From a bacterium (GTDB lineage: Bacteria; Zhuqueibacterota; Zhuqueibacteria; Residuimicrobiales; Krinioviventaceae): a DNA stretch of 64,000 nt. Made by a program: the position numbers and the translations under genes. Below, piece after piece: positions 60,849 through 64,000 of this stretch; the stretch's first letter is position 1, and each line of letters starts with the position of its first letter. Location: the NCBI GenBank assembly GCA_963674595.2, contig CAXXFV010000023.1, positions 416,001 to 480,000 on the forward strand. The letters are read 5' to 3'. The notes beneath the pieces were generated by a model. That model made no database searches and was not told the origin of the DNA. It worked only from the letters and a program-made list of their open reading frames with translations.

Positions 60849-63200
60849 TTAAAGGGCCGTTGTAATGCTGTTTTGTAGTCTGTTTAATCTTTTATCTTTT
60901 TCCAGCGCAAATTTTTCAATTCCTTTAAACAACCAATCTTCAGACAGGTGTGCTTCTTCGAGAATTTCATCAATAGTACCGCCTGAGCGCCACTGATTGT
61001 CCCAGTCTGAACTCATTGCATATTCTCTTGAAAGTTGAGAAGAAATCCAGTTGTACATATTGCGTCTGGCAGCGTTTGTAATGACAGTTGAGTTTATCCA
61101 ATCTGCGTCGGAAACGAGTTTGTGCCTGTATTCTGCCGGTTGGAGATAAAAAAGTTCGTGGCTGACAGCAGCGATTAATTTGACATTCAATCCTGCCTGT
61201 TTTAAACGCGGCAAAAGTTTGATGACGTTTAAAGTCGTGCTGGTGCCTTGGACAAAGATTGTTCCCATTTTGGGTAAACCAGGATCATAGTCCCGAATCA
61301 AGTAAGCGCCTTTGGCGGCCTCAAAATGAGAAGCAACTCCCAGTTTTTCTCTGTCCGGAATTTCAATTGCCGGTCGGGTCAAATGCAGGGCAATGATTGG
61401 TGCTTCGGTTTGCAAAGCAGCTCCCAACAGGACCGGTACTTCGTTATGTTCCCAGGGGTACAGATTTATGACATGACCTTTGGGGAAAAGTTCGGTAACA
61501 CCGGGAGAAAAAATGCCAAAATGTGTTCTGGAATCGTCGGCTGTTTCCGGACCGGAATGGCCGGCCACCCAAATGGTCTTTCCCAGCTTTATATTACTGT
61601 CCTGCGCCATTTGGCTAAACAGGCGCATGGGACCGTATTTTAAATAGGAAAATGAGCCATAGGTGCTTGAAGCTGAATAAAATCCGCAATAATCCTCAGA
61701 GGGATTTTCTGCAAAATTTACCGAAGAGAGTCCGGCACAAATGCCTGCATTGGCAAATTCTGTAATTTCCATCGGCAGCAGGCTGCCGGTTGGATTGGTT
61801 TCGCGGTTATAAACACCGAATCCCGGAGCGCCGGCCCACTCTTTGGCAAAACCGGAAATATTGGTCGAGTCGGCAAGGTCGGCTGACATGACGATAAATA
61901 AGGGGCGTCCGTATTTTTGCTTTGCAACGGAATTGACATAGGCGCCGAATTTTGCCAGTGCATTTCGGTTGGCGGCTTTGCTGCCGGGTTTAACAAAAAC
62001 GTCGGCCGGGTATTTGGTAAAATCTACAATGTCCGGGTCTTTACCCGGATCTGTATTACAATTAACAGTAACTTTTGTTCGTAAATCAGGGATCATTTCT
62101 GCAATTTCAATCAGTCTGTCTGCGGTATAATCCAGCAATCCCGGCTGTGAATCATAAAGCGACATGACCTGTTCCAGGTTTTCCTTGGTTGCCTGAACTT
62201 TGTCCTTTTCAGAGTCAGGGGCAGGCTGATTAACGTCCTGGAAGGTTATGCCATATTTATCCATAAAAGGCTTTTTCGTTTCCCAGAATTTTTCACTGTT
62301 CATTGGGCTGTGCGGTACGCCGTGGGATTTGTTGTCAAAAATTCCGTAACCGCGTCCCTTTAATGTTTTAAAATATGATGCATTTGGTATGTTTTTGTCC
62401 TTTTGCCCATAAACAGCGTCTAAAATTGTTTGTGTTACGTCCGGCCATTCCATACCGTTTTCCGTTCCGGTAACGCGCCATCCGTGCGCTTCAAACCAGT
62501 CTCTTGGCGTACCGTAAACGACATGGTTGATGGGTGTATTGTCAATGCCGAAATTGTTCCAGTCAATTAAATAATAAAAATTATCCAGTCCCAGTCCATA
62601 AGCTGAATTTTGGGTTTCGTGAACACCACCCGGCGTTAAACCGCCTTCGCCTTCCATGGCAAATACACGCACATCGCCTGCGCCTGCCAGTTTTAAAGCC
62701 ATGGCCTGACCTGCTGCGGCTGGGGAGCCGTGACCGGAAGGTCCGGTGTTGAATTTAAAAAACTGTGTTTTGCCTTCCATTTCAGCATGTCCCGGTAGCC
62801 CTTTGTTACGACGCAGGGTCAGCAGGTCTTCATAAACAAGCTGTTGATTTTTAGCATCATTAACGGCATAAATCGATTGTCCGGTTTTTTGTAACTTGCG
62901 CCGCAGAGCTTCGTTAAGGACCGCCAGTGTAGCATATACCAGCGGATTTGTGTGTCCGGCAACAAGAATAAAACGATCGGCAAAAGCTTTTTGTGGATTT
63001 CGTATGTCCCAGCGCATGGCCCCACTCATTAACAGCGAAAGCAGCATGTGGACTTTGGAACGGGAACCGCCGGGGTGTCCGCTTTGTCTCAGGTTGAGCA
63101 TAAGATCAAGACTTTGGTCGATCATATCTTTTAACATTTCCCAATATTTAAAATTGGGCGAGGAGGTCTCTAGGTATTGGAGTACGGTATTATCCTTCAT
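60849..63200 (-). CDS. tkt: Transketolase (long form)
   Basis: SGHPGGS, DRFILVAGH, LPGH, TGPSGHG, GEG...N ThDP motif, SADLADS. Confidence 0.85.
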   Translation of the reverse strand: MKDNTVLQYLETSSPNFKYWEMLKDMIDQSLDLMLNLRQSGHPGGSRSKVHMLLSLLMSGAMRWDIRNPQKAFADRFILVAGHTNPLVYATLAVLNEALRRKLQKTGQSIYAVNDAKNQQLVYEDLLTLRRNKGLPGHAEMEGKTQFFKFNTGPSGHGSPAAAGQAMALKLAGAGDVRVFAMEGEGGLTPGGVHETQNSAYGLGLDNFYYLIDWNNFGIDNTPINHVVYGTPRDWFEAHGWRVTGTENGMEWPDVTQTILDAVYGQKDKNIPNASYFKTLKGRGYGIFDNKSHGVPHSPMNSEKFWETKKPFMDKYGITFQDVNQPAPDSEKDKVQATKENLEQVMSLYDSQPGLLDYTADRLIEIAEMIPDLRTKVTVNCNTDPGKDPDIVDFTKYPADVFVKPGSKAANRNALAKFGAYVNSVAKQKYGRPLFIVMSADLADSTNISGFAKEWAGAPGFGVYNRETNPTGSLLPMEITEFANAGICAGLSSVNFAENPSEDYCGFYSASSTYGSFSYLKYGPMRLFSQMAQDSNIKLGKTIWVAGHSGPETADDSRTHFGIFSPGVTELFPKGHVINLYPWEHNEVPVLLGAALQTEAPIIALHLTRPAIEIPDREKLGVASHFEAAKGAYLIRDYDPGLPKMGTIFVQGTSTTLNVIKLLPRLKQAGLNVKLIAAVSHELFYLQPAEYRHKLVSDADWINSTVITNAARRNMYNWISSQLSREYAMSSDWDNQWRSGGTIDEILEEAHLSEDWLFKGIEKFALEKDKRLNRLQNSITTAL

Positions 63201-63344
63201 CGTAATTCTCCTTTTGGTTTAAAAAGGCTGTTTGGTAATAAAGTTTATCCGGCACTAGAAATTAAAACTTTAACCCAGAAATGCAAGGGAAATAAAAGGG
63301 CGGGGCCGGATGTGAAGTAATGAACAGTTTTTACATGAATTGTA

Positions 63345-64000
63345 TTAAATTTTCCAGGTTACCTGGCACTGAAAACGTCTTCCCGGGGCAGGAAAAAGTC
63401 TGTATTGGTAATATAGTTTGTCAAATACATTGTTTATATCAAAGGAAAAATCAAATTTGAGTGTTTGCCACATGATTCGGGTATCTGTCAACATTTGGTC
63501 CTGAAATGAAATGCGGTCTTGATATCGATAATGAATGGTTTGTGTCAACTTGTTGTTCCAGTAATTCAGCTTAATTCCGGCAGTAAATTGATGTTTAAAA
63601 TGTGAAATGGTATAGGAGGATATGGAATCCATGTTTTCTTTATTGGTTGTCAGATACGTATACCCAAAGGAAATTCTGTCAAGTATGGAGAGGTTTGAAA
63701 ATTTTTTCTGGAAATCGGTTTCAAAACCTTTTGTGTTCAAATTTATAATATTTTCAGCAAGCCATTTTTGTTCCTGCTCCATCCACAGCCAGTCAATTAT
63801 ATCCGATCCTTTTCGAATAAAACAGGCGGCATTGACTAAATATGAATGGCGTTGTAATAAATAACCCCATTCATAGTTCCAGCCTTGTTCTGCTTTAAGG
63901 TTCGGATTGCTTTGGTGTCCCGGATCGGAATAGTACAGTTCCGTATAGGTGGGGATACGAAATGCTTTTCCAACCGTGAAATAGAATTTGTTTGAGGGAT
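63345..64000 (-). CDS. TonB-dependent receptor, C-terminal part (5' end outside window)
   Basis: Frame is open to the window edge: AFRIPTYTELYY, NPNLKAEQGWNYE, DIIDW, NNVFDKLY, APGRRF. Confidence 0.85.
   Translation of the reverse strand, partial: PSNKFYFTVGKAFRIPTYTELYYSDPGHQSNPNLKAEQGWNYEWGYLLQRHSYLVNAACFIRKGSDIIDWLWMEQEQKWLAENIINLNTKGFETDFQKKFSNLSILDRISFGYTYLTTNKENMDSISSYTISHFKHQFTAGIKLNYWNNKLTQTIHYRYQDRISFQDQMLTDTRIMWQTLKFDFSFDINNVFDKLYYQYRLFPAPGRRFQCQVTWKI

Overview
AT-rich bacterial chromosomal segment, most likely from a diderm FCB-group organism such as KSB1 or Calditrichota (inference from TonB receptors, an Omp85 protein, an LSQNYPNPF-type C-terminal sorting domain and Shine-Dalgarno use). 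No mobile element, CRISPR array or rRNA was seen. Layout: (1-5 kb) carbohydrate-active genes and tRNA-Arg(UCU); (5.7-8.5 kb) a His/Cys-rich leader ORF with a RAPP ribosome-arrest motif whose last Pro codon starts a hairpin that pairs with the Shine-Dalgarno of a TonB-dependent receptor; (8.9-34.4 kb) a DeoR-led run of 23 same-strand catabolic genes that may degrade amino-substituted ulosonic acids; (34-50 kb) RNA methyltransferases and an envelope cluster with an NHL protein, a 1140-aa possible SprA-like barrel, Omp85, a VWA protein and a sorted M1 peptidase; (50-64 kb) GH1, GPH transporter, UroD-like protein, manA, nucleoside hydrolase, ADP-ribosylglycohydrolase, mntP, transketolase and a partial TonB receptor. 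The best candidates for an undescribed system are the arrest-peptide attenuator and the catabolic operon. All family calls come from reading motifs by eye; no database search was run.
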